A DNA stretch of 42,783 nucleotides from a virus (IMGVR_UViG_2630968543_000005); one strand, 5' to 3'; numbered from the stretch's first letter, positions 31,561 to 40,622 are shown. Notes: generated by a model from the sequence alone, not told the origin. A program made the numbers and translations.

Positions 31561-32421
31561 TCACCTGTCGAAAAACACGTAGCCAGTTTTCGATACGGTG
31601 ATTGCGGATGATGGTTTGGATTGTGGTTGAATAGTTTCTGGCTTCTCGTCGTTCCAGCGCTGACCGTTCAGGTAGCTCGATGGTAACAACCTGTCGAATC
31701 CGAACTGCTTACCATTCCTGCATGCGATGTCTTCTGCCAGCATCGTGGCAAACTCGCTTGCCGTACCCCTGGTAGTTTTACGCCATTCCCTGAACTGTGT
31801 TCTGAATGCCGAAGCTGCGTTTTTCTTCCCGGCTTTCCGCATGCCTGCACACCAGAATATTTCCTCGAATGCCTTGTCGGTTTCTTCGTGACGGTCAGGT
31901 GATTTTTCACACTCCGTCCGAACACTTTCGGACATAGTGTTTTTATTATTTCTTTTTTCTTTTGTAATAGTTTCTTTTGTGTGTCCCTGTTTTGGTGACA
32001 GCGCTGTCACCGTTTTGGTGACACTTTTTGTCACCAATGCAGTGACATTATCACCAGAGTAGTGACACCCTTCGATTTGCCATTCCTCGATGTTCTTGTT
32101 AGGCCCGATTTGCTGGCCTTCGCGAAGGATAACCTTCATCGCGATAAGCTCATTCTTGGCCTTGTTTACCTTCTGTCTTGGCAGCCTGGTAATTTGAGCT
32201 AACTGACTATCAGAGATGCGATCCATCTTTTTACCGTAGCCGTATGTTTTACGGCATATGGCGTGGGCAACCTTGCTCTGATTTTTCGTTAAATCTGCGC
32301 CGATAAGCTCTTCATACAGGGCATTTGCAAGACGGGTATAACCATCTTCAACTTCTGCCACACGACGCTCCACAGGCCGTTGTGAAGGCCTTAAATGTGT
32401 TACGGTTGCAATATTACTCAT
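31561..32421 (-). CDS. O: Replication initiator, lambda O-like N-terminal domain
   Basis: 286 aa; ..[65 protein letters not shown] resembles lambda O N-terminal domain; C-terminal part differs. Confidence 0.8.
   Translation of the reverse strand: MSNIATVTHLRPSQRPVERRVAEVEDGYTRLANALYEELIGADLTKNQSKVAHAICRKTYGYGKKMDRISDSQLAQITRLPRQKVNKAKNELIAMKVILREGQQIGPNKNIEEWQIEGCHYSGDNVTALVTKSVTKTVTALSPKQGHTKETITKEKRNNKNTMSESVRTECEKSPDRHEETDKAFEEIFWCAGMRKAGKKNAASAFRTQFREWRKTTRGTASEFATMLAEDIACRNGKQFGFDRLLPSSYLNGQRWNDEKPETIQPQSKPSSAITVSKTGYVFFDR
31941..32070. repeat. Replication origin candidate: AT-rich tract plus GGTGACA/TGTCACC iterons inside O gene
   Basis: AT-rich 31941-31980; GGTGACAGCGCTGTCACC (31994-32011), GGTGACACTTTTTGTCACC (32017-32035), GTGACATTATCAC (32042-32054), GTGACA (32062-32067) at ~23-bp spacing. 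Confidence 0.55.
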
Positions 32422-32560
32422 GACCTTTCTCCTTCTGCATCAGCTTCACTTTTTCCAACTCAGCCCGGAATCGACCAGGCTGCTTGAAGCTGGACAGGAA
32501 GCGATCACGTAGTATGTGTTTGTGAATTTTGTCCTGGTAAGGACTGAGTTGTTTTGTCAT
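32414..32560 (-). CDS. Hypothetical small protein between cII and O
   Basis: 48-aa ORF with AGGAG RBS, stop overlaps O start. Confidence 0.3.
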   Translation of the reverse strand: MTKQLSPYQDKIHKHILRDRFLSSFKQPGRFRAELEKVKLMQKEKGHE

Positions 32561-32592
32561 AATTACTCCTGTGGATTGATCCAGTAATGACC

Positions 32593-32889
32593 TCAGAATT
32601 CCATCTGGATTTGTTCAGAACGCTCGGTTGCCGCCGGGCGTTTTTTATTGGTGAGTCCATCAAGCGCATACTTAAAAGCCCTGCTAATCGGACTGATGTC
32701 TGATGCCATTCCGAAAGCACACAAGACCGAAGCAATAAATCTCCAGTCCGTTCTGCTTATCTTCGATTCATGACAGCCAATCATCTTTGCCAGACCGCGC
32801 TGGGTAAGCGTTGACAGGTTGATGAGTAAATCTGTTTCTGCGCGATCAACGTCGCGCTGTGATAGTTTGCTGTAACTTGTTTGTTCCAT
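32593..32889 (-). CDS. cII: CII transcriptional activator
   Basis: 98 aa; C-terminus ..[20 protein letters not shown] as in lambda CII; HTH ..[14 protein letters not shown].. Confidence 0.85.
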   Translation of the reverse strand: MEQTSYSKLSQRDVDRAETDLLINLSTLTQRGLAKMIGCHESKISRTDWRFIASVLCAFGMASDISPISRAFKYALDGLTNKKRPAATERSEQIQMEF

Positions 32890-32923
32890 TTCTTACTATT
32901 TCCATAGGTAAATAATCACTAAT

Positions 32924-32941
32924 ACTCATCTTTCGATGAGT
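32924..32941 (-). terminator. tR1-like hairpin between nutR and cII (weak)
   Basis: ACTCATC-N4-GATGAGT hairpin, only a weak U tract. Confidence 0.3.
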
Positions 32942-32953
32942 GATTAATTAGTT

Positions 32954-32990
32954 ACCGCGTTGTCGGCGGTGCAGATTGATAAAGAGCTGA
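32954..32990 (-). promoter_or_regulatory. nutR (boxA + boxB)
   Basis: Minus strand boxA-like GCTCTTTAT (32981-32989) and boxB hairpin ACCGCCGACAACGCGGT (32954-32970), P22-type, just after cro stop. Confidence 0.65.
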
Positions 32991-32998
32991 TCCGCTTA

Positions 32999-33214
32999 TT
33001 AAGCGGCTTTGTGTTCCGGCGGGAACACGTCATCAAGACTGACTTTTGCGCCTAACTTGTTTAGGCACGCAACAAGAGCACGGCATGTTTTAAGGTCTGG
33101 GAAGCGACGACCAGATTCCCAATGTCCGATAGCTCCCTGTGTGCATCCAACCGCCTTAGCAAGTGTTGTTTGAGAGATATTCAGTGACTCTCGATATTTT
33201 CGTAGGTTGCTCAT
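32999..33214 (-). CDS. cro: Cro-like repressor
   Basis: ORF 32999-33385 trimmed to ATG 33214 (GGAGGG RBS), 71 aa; HTH ..ISQTTLAKAVGCTQGAIGHWESGRR.. resembles cI HTH in same region. Confidence 0.75.
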   Translation of the reverse strand: MSNLRKYRESLNISQTTLAKAVGCTQGAIGHWESGRRFPDLKTCRALVACLNKLGAKVSLDDVFPPEHKAA

Positions 33215-33325
33215 ATGCCCTCCATAGTAACCATGAAACAATAATACGATATGTACTTTTGGAATGCAAACAAAAAATACATCTTGTGCATGGATGGTTT
33301 TAGTACAGAGCGTAATAATAAGGAT
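33215..33325. promoter_or_regulatory. OR/PR/PRM region between cro and cI
   Basis: Operator-like AAAAGTACATATCGTATTAT (minus strand of 33241-33260) nearly identical to a site in PL; second AGTACA at 33302-33307; PR candidate -35 TTTGCA / -10 TATTAT on minus strand. Confidence 0.5.
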
Positions 33326-33985
33326 ATGAAGATGAAATGGTATGAACTGGCTAGATCCAGAATGAAAGAACTCGGCATAACTCAAGAGAAGTTAGCTGAA
33401 GAGCTTGGTATGACGCAGGGTGGAATTGGTCACTGGTTGCGCGGATCTCGTCATCCATCTCTTGACGAGATTGGTGTGGTGTTTAAATACCTTGGTATTG
33501 ATAACGTCTCATTCAACCACGACGGTACATTTTCACCTGTTGGCGAATACTCATCTGCCCCCGTTAAAAAACAATATGAGTACCCTGTTTTTTCTCATGT
33601 TCAGGCCGGGATGTTCTCGCCTGAGCTTAGAACCTTTACCAAAGGTGATGCGGAGAGATGGGTCAGCACAACCAAAAAAGCCAGTGATTGTGCGTTTTGG
33701 CTTGAAGTTGAAGGTAATTCCATGACCGCACCAACAGGTTCCAAGCCAAGCTTTCCTGACGGGATGTTAATTCTCGTTGACCCTGAGCAGGCTGTTGAGC
33801 CAGGTGATTTCTGCATAGCCAGACTTGGTGGTGACGAGTTTACCTTCAAGAAACTGATCAGGGATAGCGGTCAGGTGTTCCTACAACCACTAAACCCGCA
33901 ATATCCAATGATCCCATGCAATGATAGCTGTTCCGTAGTAGGGAAAGTTATCGCCAGCCAGTGGCCTGAAGAGACATTTAGTTAA
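33326..33985 (+). CDS. cI: CI repressor (HTH N-terminal domain, S24 LexA-like C-terminal domain near-identical to lambda CI)
   Basis: ORF 33251-33985 trimmed to ATG 33326 (alternative 33332); C-terminal ..[93 protein letters not shown] matches lambda CI. Confidence 0.85.
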   Translation: MKMKWYELARSRMKELGITQEKLAEELGMTQGGIGHWLRGSRHPSLDEIGVVFKYLGIDNVSFNHDGTFSPVGEYSSAPVKKQYEYPVFSHVQAGMFSPELRTFTKGDAERWVSTTKKASDCAFWLEVEGNSMTAPTGSKPSFPDGMLILVDPEQAVEPGDFCIARLGGDEFTFKKLIRDSGQVFLQPLNPQYPMIPCNDSCSVVGKVIASQWPEETFS

Positions 33986-34015
33986 CAGCCTCACCACTCT
34001 AAAACACACAACAAT

Positions 34016-34045
34016 AACCCGACCTTAGCGTCGGGTTTTCTTTTT
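34016..34045 (+). terminator. Rho-independent terminator after cI
   Basis: AACCCGAC-CTTAGC-GTCGGGTT followed by TTCTTTTT. Confidence 0.55.
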
Positions 34046-34110
34046 CCAAAATATAAATCAATAAAATACAAAGTGTTATAAAAAACTAACCACATTTAGA
34101 ACATTTTGTA

Positions 34111-34139
34111 TTGACTCAATAAAGTACACATCGTACTAT
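34111..34139 (+). promoter_or_regulatory. PL promoter with overlapping operator
   Basis: -35 TTGACT (34111-34116), 17-nt spacer, -10 TACTAT (34134-34139); operator AAAGTACACATCGTACTATT (34121-34140) shared with OR. Confidence 0.55.
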
Positions 34140-34185
34140 TTAGCCATCAGCAGGAAGCTGGAAGCCAAACGGAACAGATTGGCAG

Positions 34186-34219
34186 GCTCTTTAACTTCGA
34201 TGGGGCGCTGACAAAGCGC
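34186..34219 (+). promoter_or_regulatory. nutL (boxA + boxB)
   Basis: boxA-like GCTCTTTAA (34186-34194) and boxB hairpin GCGCTGACAAAGCGC (34205-34219), P22-type. Confidence 0.7.
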
Positions 34220-34338
34220 AAACAGATACCAAACGAGATGGGTTTGGCGGTGATGTGAATTGCAGCTGCAACGACAGCAACCAGAAGATCAGCACCTGGC
34301 GCATCACCACCAAAGCCATTTCACATGAGGAAAATATC

Positions 34339-34647
34339 ATGACGGTAATCGTGTACGGGAAATCAACATTTGCAGGAAATGCCAAAACTCGCCGTCATGA
34401 GCGGCGCAGAAAGCTGGCTATCGAGCGTGATGCTATATGCAACATCATCGATTCGATCTTCGGCACAGACAGTGAGGAACCTGTTCAGGAAGCCCCGAGA
34501 AAACGTTTAATCCTTTCTGAAAAAGCAATATCACTCGGCAACATTCGTAACCAAAATACCGACGAATGCAGTGGAAGTATTTGCCTGCCAAACGTAGCCA
34601 TTTACGCGGCAGGCTACCGGAAATCAAAACAACTGACAGCCAGGTAA
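34339..34647 (+). CDS. N: Antiterminator N (P22 gene 24 type)
   Basis: ORF 34255-34647 trimmed to ATG 34339; arginine-rich motif GNAKTRRHERRRKLAIERD matches P22 N. Confidence 0.85.
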   Translation: MTVIVYGKSTFAGNAKTRRHERRRKLAIERDAICNIIDSIFGTDSEEPVQEAPRKRLILSEKAISLGNIRNQNTDECSGSICLPNVAIYAAGYRKSKQLTAR

Positions 34648-34650
34648 GTG

Positions 34651-34875
34651 ATGAATCAGACATACATTCCATCATGCTTGAGAAATCTGCCAAAGCAGAA
34701 AGCAAAGCCCCGCAAGCAAGCCATAAAGGACGCTAAGGCAGAGGTTATTGATCAAGCAATACAATTGCTCAGGGAGGAGTTAAGAAGTGGCAAGCTCGAA
34801 GGAATGATGATGCCTTATCAGCGCGGATATCTATCGGCGATTAGTAAGTTGGAAGTATTGAAGAGTGAATTATGA
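34651..34875 (+). CDS. Hypothetical basic protein directly downstream of N
   Basis: 74 aa, ATG 4 nt after N stop; Lys-rich N-terminus, predicted helical. Confidence 0.4.
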   Translation: MNQTYIPSCLRNLPKQKAKPRKQAIKDAKAEVIDQAIQLLREELRSGKLEGMMMPYQRGYLSAISKLEVLKSEL

Positions 34876-34937
34876 ACTATCTGGAATTTCCGGATGGTTC
34901 ATTGTTTTGGCAGCAAGCCACTTATTTGAGGTGAGAT

Positions 34938-35408
34938 ATGACAAAATCATGGAGCGTACCTTTTCCTGAATCAGAAACTGAACATGATGGAATGCCTGTT
35001 TTCTGGAGATTCCAGGCGACAGTTGAAGAAGATGGAATCAAAATATTCGCACTTCAATATATAGCTTTTCATCAGACAGAGCATTATGCATGGTTGGTTC
35101 CTGCGCATTGGATTGTTAATTTTAAACCAGCACCAAATCAGTGGTTACAGGAATGGAAACAAAAGAGAAATAGATATGCAATTAAGAAAGTAGCAAAAAA
35201 TGCAGAAAGATCTTTTGCATTCCCAACGAAGAAACTTGCCATTGAAAGTTTATTGCGCCGAAAGAAATACCATTTAATGAGAATCAAACAAGATTTGGCT
35301 GTTGTATCAACTCTTGTTGATGGGATGAAGAATATTGATACATCAACACCAGATATTGAATATAACTTTGGGCACAACCAAGAAACAGAAAATTGGGTAT
35401 TTTATTAG
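34938..35408 (+). CDS. Hypothetical 156-aa protein (accessory gene at sieB-equivalent position)
   Basis: GAGGTGAG RBS; no TM segment; no recognisable motif. Confidence 0.5.
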   Translation: MTKSWSVPFPESETEHDGMPVFWRFQATVEEDGIKIFALQYIAFHQTEHYAWLVPAHWIVNFKPAPNQWLQEWKQKRNRYAIKKVAKNAERSFAFPTKKLAIESLLRRKKYHLMRIKQDLAVVSTLVDGMKNIDTSTPDIEYNFGHNQETENWVFY

Positions 35409-35422
35409 TACGAGTAAGCACT

Positions 35423-35450
35423 GTGTATTCATTCCAACGAGTGAATACAC
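35423..35450 (+). other. Perfect 9-bp inverted repeat
   Basis: GTGTATTCA-N10-TGAATACAC with no U tract. Confidence 0.35.
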
Positions 35451-35512
35451 GGAGCAATGTCGCTCGTAACTAAACAGGAGCCGACTTGTTCTGATTATTG
35501 GAAATCTTCTTT

Positions 35513-35537
35513 GCCCTCCAGTGTGAGGGCTTTTTTA
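35513..35537 (+). terminator. Rho-independent terminator (tL1-like) ending the N-proximal cassette
   Basis: GCCCTC-CAGTGT-GAGGGC followed by 6 T. Confidence 0.55.
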
Positions 35538-35602
35538 TATGCATACCAATAACGCTTAACTAGAGGCGTTTTCGTTATGCAATCAAACAGAAGGAGCATC
35601 CT

Positions 35603-35773
35603 ATGCAACAGTTCGCTATTGCAGGGGCGGCATCGGTTCGCCCTTTCAACCCGATTTTATCGGTACAGCATTCACGAAAAAATATTTTAACCGGAGCAGA
35701 CTTTAAACAACCAAGAATGAAAAGTTTGCTCGAAAAGCTTTGGGATATTTTGAAACAACAAGGCCGCCCATGA
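35603..35773 (+). CDS. cIII: CIII-like protease inhibitor
   Basis: 56 aa MQQFAIAGAASVRPF...SLLEKLWDILKQQGRP; resembles lambda CIII (MQYAIAG...WKRLIDIL); AAGGAG RBS; below ORF track cutoff. Confidence 0.65.
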   Translation: MQQFAIAGAASVRPFNPILSVQHSRKNILTGADFKQPRMKSLLEKLWDILKQQGRP

Positions 35774-35928
35774 GTTTTACAGATAACTGGTCAGACGAAG
35801 AATTCATTCGTCAGATGAAAGAATTAATCGGTAACGAAGGAGATATTCATGTCACTTGCAACCACAGTGAAGGAGAGCAAGTTACAGAGGCGCATGTACA
35901 CGCAGAAAGCTCTCTGGTATCGCCATAA
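35770..35928 (+). CDS. Hypothetical small acidic protein at the kil position
   Basis: 52 aa, ATG overlaps cIII stop (ATGA). Confidence 0.3.
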   Translation: MSFTDNWSDEEFIRQMKELIGNEGDIHVTCNHSEGEQVTEAHVHAESSLVSP

Positions 35929-36027
35929 TGGTGACCGCGAAGGAATGCGGGTATGCCTTAATTTGTCCAGAGTCGAAGTATTAAATCAGCGTTATTTCCT
36001 TGGTCCATGTCCATTCTGAGGTGAATT

Positions 36028-36735
36028 ATGGATTTAAATAAATTCGATGAGCCATTCAGCCCTGAAGATATTGAATGGCGAATACAGCAAAGCGGTAAAA
36101 CACGCGATGGCAAGGTGCGGGCTATGGTGCTGGCTTATGTCACGAACCGGGCAATCATGAAACGCCTGGACGATGTTTGCGGCAAAGCAGGATGGCGCAA
36201 TGAATACCGCGATATTCCCAACAACGGCGGCGTTGAATGCGGCATATCAATAAAGATTGATTCCGAATGGGTAACCAAATGGGATGCTGCTGAAAACACG
36301 CAGGTAGAAGCCGTCAAAGGTGGTCGTTCCGGTGCAATGAAGCGTGCTGCCGTTCAGTGGGGAATCGGTCGGTATCTGTATAACCTTGAGGGAGGTTTCG
36401 CACAAACATCTCTCGATAAAAAGCAGGGGTGGCACAGGGCAAAACTGAAGGATGGAACAGGATTTTACTGGCTCCCTCCATCGCTGCCGGGATGGGCAAT
36501 CCCAGCATCAGATAACAAACCATCACCAGAAAATACCAACCAGAAATCTCCATCGGTTGACTGCGAACAAATCCTGAAAGACTTCAGCGATTATGCAGCG
36601 ACAGAAACTGACAAGAAAAAACTCATCGAGCGTTATCAGCGTGACTGGCAATTAATGGCTGGCAACGAGGAGGCGCAGGCTAAATGCGTTCAGGTAATGA
36701 ACATCAGAGTTAACGAACTAAAACAGGCGGCATAA
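36028..36735 (+). CDS. Single-strand annealing recombinase with P22 Erf-type C-terminal domain
   Basis: 235 aa; C-terminal ..ILKDFSDYAATETDKKKLIERYQRDWQLMAGNEEAQAKCVQVMNIRVNELKQAA matches P22 Erf C-terminus as recalled; N-terminal two-thirds differs; GAGGTGA RBS. Confidence 0.65.
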   Translation: MDLNKFDEPFSPEDIEWRIQQSGKTRDGKVRAMVLAYVTNRAIMKRLDDVCGKAGWRNEYRDIPNNGGVECGISIKIDSEWVTKWDAAENTQVEAVKGGRSGAMKRAAVQWGIGRYLYNLEGGFAQTSLDKKQGWHRAKLKDGTGFYWLPPSLPGWAIPASDNKPSPENTNQKSPSVDCEQILKDFSDYAATETDKKKLIERYQRDWQLMAGNEEAQAKCVQVMNIRVNELKQAA

Positions 36736-37203
36736 ATGTCTCACTTGGACGGAATTATTAAAAGATTCGAGTCCAGCTACAAAGTTAATGAAACAACAGG
36801 ATGCTGGGAGTCTACCTATTCAAAAAACAAAGGAGGATACACAAAATTTGTAGCCTTTGGCGTAACAATGCTTTCTCATCGGGTTGCTTTTGAGCTTTAT
36901 CACTCCCCCATTCCATCTGGGAAGATGGTTTGCCACAAATGCGATAACCCATGCTGCGTTAATCCTGAACATCTCTTTTTAGGTAGCGCGCAAGAAAACA
37001 TGGACGACAAGATAGCAAAAGGAAGGCATCGTGGAGCCAAGAAAGGTCATGCTCATCATGGTGCAAAATTAACAGAGTGGCAGGTTATAGAAATTAGGAA
37101 AAGACTCTCTGAAAAAGAGAGTCAGTACAAGATAGCAAAAGACATGGGTGTATCTCAATCAATTATAAGCAACATAAAAACTGGCAAGAGGTGGAGCAAA
37201 TGA
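36736..37203 (+). CDS. HNH endonuclease
   Basis: 155 aa; [30 protein letters not shown] motif; inserted between recombinase and ssb. Confidence 0.7.
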   Translation: MSHLDGIIKRFESSYKVNETTGCWESTYSKNKGGYTKFVAFGVTMLSHRVAFELYHSPIPSGKMVCHKCDNPCCVNPEHLFLGSAQENMDDKIAKGRHRGAKKGHAHHGAKLTEWQVIEIRKRLSEKESQYKIAKDMGVSQSIISNIKTGKRWSK

Positions 37204-37706
37204 GTTCTCGCGGGATAAATAAGGTGATTATCCTTGGTCGGGTAGGACAAGACCCGGAAGTTCGATACTCACCATCAGGAACAGCGTTCGCTAACCTGAC
37301 AATAGCAACGTCAGAACAATGGCGAGATAAAAATACTGGCGAGCAAAAGGAATTGACTGAATGGCATCGTGTTGCTGTATCCGGGAAACTGGCTGAGGTC
37401 GTGGGGCAGTATGTGAAAAAAGGTGATCAGATTTATTTCGAGGGAATGCTGAGAACCAGAAAGTGGAAAGACCAGTCAGGGCAAGACCGTTACACAACCG
37501 AGGTTCATGTCGGAATTAATGGCGTGATGCAAATGCTTGGCGGCATTGGCGACAGCAAACAACAAGCAGCCAGCAGGCAATCACAGAAGCCACAGCAGCA
37601 ATCATCACCAGCACAACACAACGAACCTCCGATGGATTTTGACGACGATATACCCTTTGCGCCAGTAACTCTCCCCTTCCCTCGTCACGCTATTCACGCA
37701 ATTTAA
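37200..37706 (+). CDS. ssb: Single-stranded DNA-binding protein
   Basis: [41 protein letters not shown].. OB-fold and acidic C-terminal tail [11 protein letters not shown] 37200 overlaps HNH stop. Confidence 0.85.
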   Translation: MSSRGINKVIILGRVGQDPEVRYSPSGTAFANLTIATSEQWRDKNTGEQKELTEWHRVAVSGKLAEVVGQYVKKGDQIYFEGMLRTRKWKDQSGQDRYTTEVHVGINGVMQMLGGIGDSKQQAASRQSQKPQQQSSPAQHNEPPMDFDDDIPFAPVTLPFPRHAIHAI

Positions 37707-37714
37707 GGACTTAC

Positions 37715-38263
37715 ATGAATCACTTAATGGTTGACCTTGAAACAATGGGCAACGGGCCATACGCGCCAGTTATTTCTATTGGGGCGGTATTCTTTGACCC
37801 GAATACCGGAGAAACAGGAGAAGAGTTCTCGGTAAATATCTCGCTTGAGTCATCAATGCGATATCGGGCGCGTCCTGACGCTTCAACGATTTTATGGTGG
37901 CTGGAACAGAGTGAAGAAGCCAGAAAATCGCTAACCAGCAACACTCAGGAGCTTTCAACGGCTCTTTCATGGTTATCTGAATTCATCATAAAGAACGCTA
38001 ACCACAAATTCGTTCAGGTTTGGGGGAATGGAGCATCATTTGACTGCGTTATTCTCCGCAACAGTTATTCGCTGACAGGGCAGCCAGTTCCGTGGCAGTG
38101 GTGGAATGACCGCGACGTAAGAACAATCGTCGAACTTGGGAAGGTAATAGGATTCGACCCTAAGCGAGATATGCCATTCAAAGGAACTCGCCACAACGCG
38201 CTTGATGATGCCATTCACCAAGCCAAATACGTTTCAGCGATCTGGAAAAAGTTAGCTAAATAA
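37715..38263 (+). CDS. DEDDh-type 3'-5' exonuclease-like protein
   Basis: 182 aa; MVDLETMG.. and ..HNALDDAIHQA.. motifs. Confidence 0.55.
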   Translation: MNHLMVDLETMGNGPYAPVISIGAVFFDPNTGETGEEFSVNISLESSMRYRARPDASTILWWLEQSEEARKSLTSNTQELSTALSWLSEFIIKNANHKFVQVWGNGASFDCVILRNSYSLTGQPVPWQWWNDRDVRTIVELGKVIGFDPKRDMPFKGTRHNALDDAIHQAKYVSAIWKKLAK

Positions 38264-38279
38264 TCAACAGGAGAAAACC

Positions 38280-38576
38280 ATGCCAGCGCCTCTGTATGGT
38301 GCGGATGACGCGCGCCGCTGTTCCGGCAATTCCGTATCGGAGGTGCTGGATAAGTTCAGAAAAAACTACGATCGGATAATGTCGCTACCGCAGGAAACGA
38401 AAGAGGAAAAGGAATTTCGCCACTGTATATGGCTTGCAGAGAAAGAAGAACGAGAGCGAATTTACCAGACATCAATCCGACCATTCCGCAAAGCCACATA
38501 TACCCACTTCCCTGAACATATCGACCCGCGCCTGCGTAATTACCGCTCACGTTATGGTGCTATCAGTAATGACTGA
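38280..38576 (+). CDS. Hypothetical protein
   Basis: 98 aa, AGGAG RBS. Confidence 0.4.
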   Translation: MPAPLYGADDARRCSGNSVSEVLDKFRKNYDRIMSLPQETKEEKEFRHCIWLAEKEERERIYQTSIRPFRKATYTHFPEHIDPRLRNYRSRYGAISND

Positions 38577-38747
38577 GGAATTTACCATGAGAGGACTTGC
38601 ATACAATCCCGGCATTCTTCCGGCATAAATGATTATTCGCCAACGCGTAAAGCCAATGCCATCGAGAGAGGAATTGCTTAAGAGAAATTCTTTTCCGTCA
38701 GTGAATCAAAACAAATATCTGAATGCGATGTTGCGGAGTGGGAAGAA

Positions 38748-39293
38748 ATGAAACAAATGTCACTAATTGAGATGGATGGATTCCTGAAAGGTAAATGCAT
38801 CCCAAGCGATTTAAAGGTTAACGAAACAAACGCTGAATATCTGGTGCGTAAATTTGCTGAAGCGGAGGCCAAGTGCGCGGCGCTGGCGGCGGAGAGTGCG
38901 CTGGCTCGTAAGGCAGTTCAGGCATTCTGCGATGTTGTTGGCGACAACACCGAGGTTATCTGTGAGGCGGTTGGGAGAGATGGCGTTCTGGTTATTTTGG
39001 AGGCCATGAAGGCAACAGGAAATATGTCAGCCACCGACGCTTTCCTGGCTGAAATACGTGCGGAGGCACGCAACGAGGGGATTAACTACACCGCAAGCCG
39101 TCTTGCTGCTGCGTTCAATCACGGATTTATCAATAAGTCTTTGCGTGAAGTTTTCGACGTTACACGCATGATTTTGTCAGCGAAAGAAGAGTTGGCTAAT
39201 GAACCGCATCCGATTGATGGCCTGTCCGGTGAATATGCGGAGAAATCCCTTGAAGAATGGGCGGAACAGATTCGCAAAGGAGGCAACCAGTGA
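38748..39293 (+). CDS. Hypothetical protein
   Basis: 181 aa, Ala-rich helical. Confidence 0.4.
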   Translation: MKQMSLIEMDGFLKGKCIPSDLKVNETNAEYLVRKFAEAEAKCAALAAESALARKAVQAFCDVVGDNTEVICEAVGRDGVLVILEAMKATGNMSATDAFLAEIRAEARNEGINYTASRLAAAFNHGFINKSLREVFDVTRMILSAKEELANEPHPIDGLSGEYAEKSLEEWAEQIRKGGNQ

Positions 39294-39925
39294 GCAAGAT
39301 TGACTATCAGGCACTGCGTGAGTTAGCAAAACAGGCAACACAGGGCGAATGGGTCGCATTTATTTCGTCTGGTACTGGTACGTATGCGGTGCATACGCCC
39401 GGTGATGAACGATGTGAAGACGTTATCAAATGGACCGGCTTTGATGGACAGAAAAACGCAGAGAACAACGCCCATTATATCGCAGCTTTCAACCCTGAAG
39501 TAGTGCAGGCATTACTGGATGAACTGGAAGCCAAAGACAAAGCATGGTCCGCTCAGGACAACCATATCAACCAGCTGGCTGAACGAATTGAATCGCTGGA
39601 GAAGAAGAATGGCGAGATGGGAAGATCGCTGGAAGCCGCAGAGAAGCGCATAGCAGAACTGGAAGCACGGGAAATAAAACCAGCCAAAGGCGAAGTTCTT
39701 GTCGTTGTATCTGGTTTTACTGGTTGCGGGAAAAGCGCCATTGCCGGGGAAATAGAAATTGCGATGAAAGCTATTGGTGTGCCGGTTCAGTGGACTAATG
39801 GCGATGCGGAAAAGCGCATGACAGGAGCTGACTGGCTGACAGCGATTGAGATGTACAAACCAACTGTGCGCATCGTGGAAGTTAATGTGCCACGCGCCGC
39901 AGGCATTCGCATCAAAGGAGAGTGA
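39290..39925 (+). CDS. Ead/Ea22-like protein
   Basis: GTG start after [31 protein letters not shown].. typical Ea22-family N-terminus; coiled-coil middle. Confidence 0.6.
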   Translation: MSKIDYQALRELAKQATQGEWVAFISSGTGTYAVHTPGDERCEDVIKWTGFDGQKNAENNAHYIAAFNPEVVQALLDELEAKDKAWSAQDNHINQLAERIESLEKKNGEMGRSLEAAEKRIAELEAREIKPAKGEVLVVVSGFTGCGKSAIAGEIEIAMKAIGVPVQWTNGDAEKRMTGADWLTAIEMYKPTVRIVEVNVPRAAGIRIKGE

Positions 39926-39926
39926 T

Positions 39927-40463
39927 ATGACCACTATTACCAAAGAGCGACTGCTGACAATCAGGCAGTGGCGCGAAACATACGGACCTGGTAGCAACGT
40001 TGTACTGCCAGCAGAAGAAGCGGAAGAACTGGCACGAATTGCTCTGGCATCGCTGACAGCAGAGCCGGTGGTTTACATGTGGGATAGCGAAAGAAAAGAT
40101 ATTGATGCCCCTGGGTATTATCGGACTGAGCATTTAGTGTTCGCTGAGAGTAGTGTTAAGCAATGGGGAGGGCGAGTTGTTCCGCTTTACACCGCCCAGC
40201 CAGTGCCGGTAACTCCGGATAGTTGGATAAGCTGTAGTGAGCGAATGCCAGAAATGGGAGAGCGACAATGCTATGTGTTAGCTGCTGACTTTAAAAACAA
40301 CTACCCACCAAGCATCCCCAACACTCAGGTCGGCGTATATGGCGACTGGTTTAATGATGGCAAGCCCACTTGGGATGACGGTGGTGGCGAAGACCTGTAT
40401 CTCAAGGAGGTAACCCACTGGATGCCGCTGCCAGAACCGCCGCAGGAAGTTAACCGTGGCTAA
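39927..40463 (+). CDS. DUF551-type protein
   Basis: 178 aa; C-terminal ..VTHWMPLPEPP typical of DUF551. Confidence 0.55.
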   Translation: MTTITKERLLTIRQWRETYGPGSNVVLPAEEAEELARIALASLTAEPVVYMWDSERKDIDAPGYYRTEHLVFAESSVKQWGGRVVPLYTAQPVPVTPDSWISCSERMPEMGERQCYVLAADFKNNYPPSIPNTQVGVYGDWFNDGKPTWDDGGGEDLYLKEVTHWMPLPEPPQEVNRG

Positions 40464-40622
40464 CCTGCAACTTGCCGTCAAAGGTGAATACTTCGCAGAT
40501 AGTTTTCCCCAAATATGGGGAAAATCCCGAATGGCGCGGCTTACAGCAGGATAAAGGCTACATGATTTGACAAATCCGCCAGAGCTATCGCATACTGACC
40601 GCACTACAACGTCAGCGGTCAA

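Noticed and set aside
33251-33325. Upstream ATG at 33251 as the cI start.
   Set aside because: It would translate through the operator/promoter region; ATG at 33326/33332 follows an AAGGA RBS and matches the expected repressor length.
34255-34338. GTG at 34255 as the N start.
   Set aside because: It would begin inside nutL; the ATG at 34339 gives the N-terminus MTVIVYGKSTFAGNAKTRR matching P22 N.
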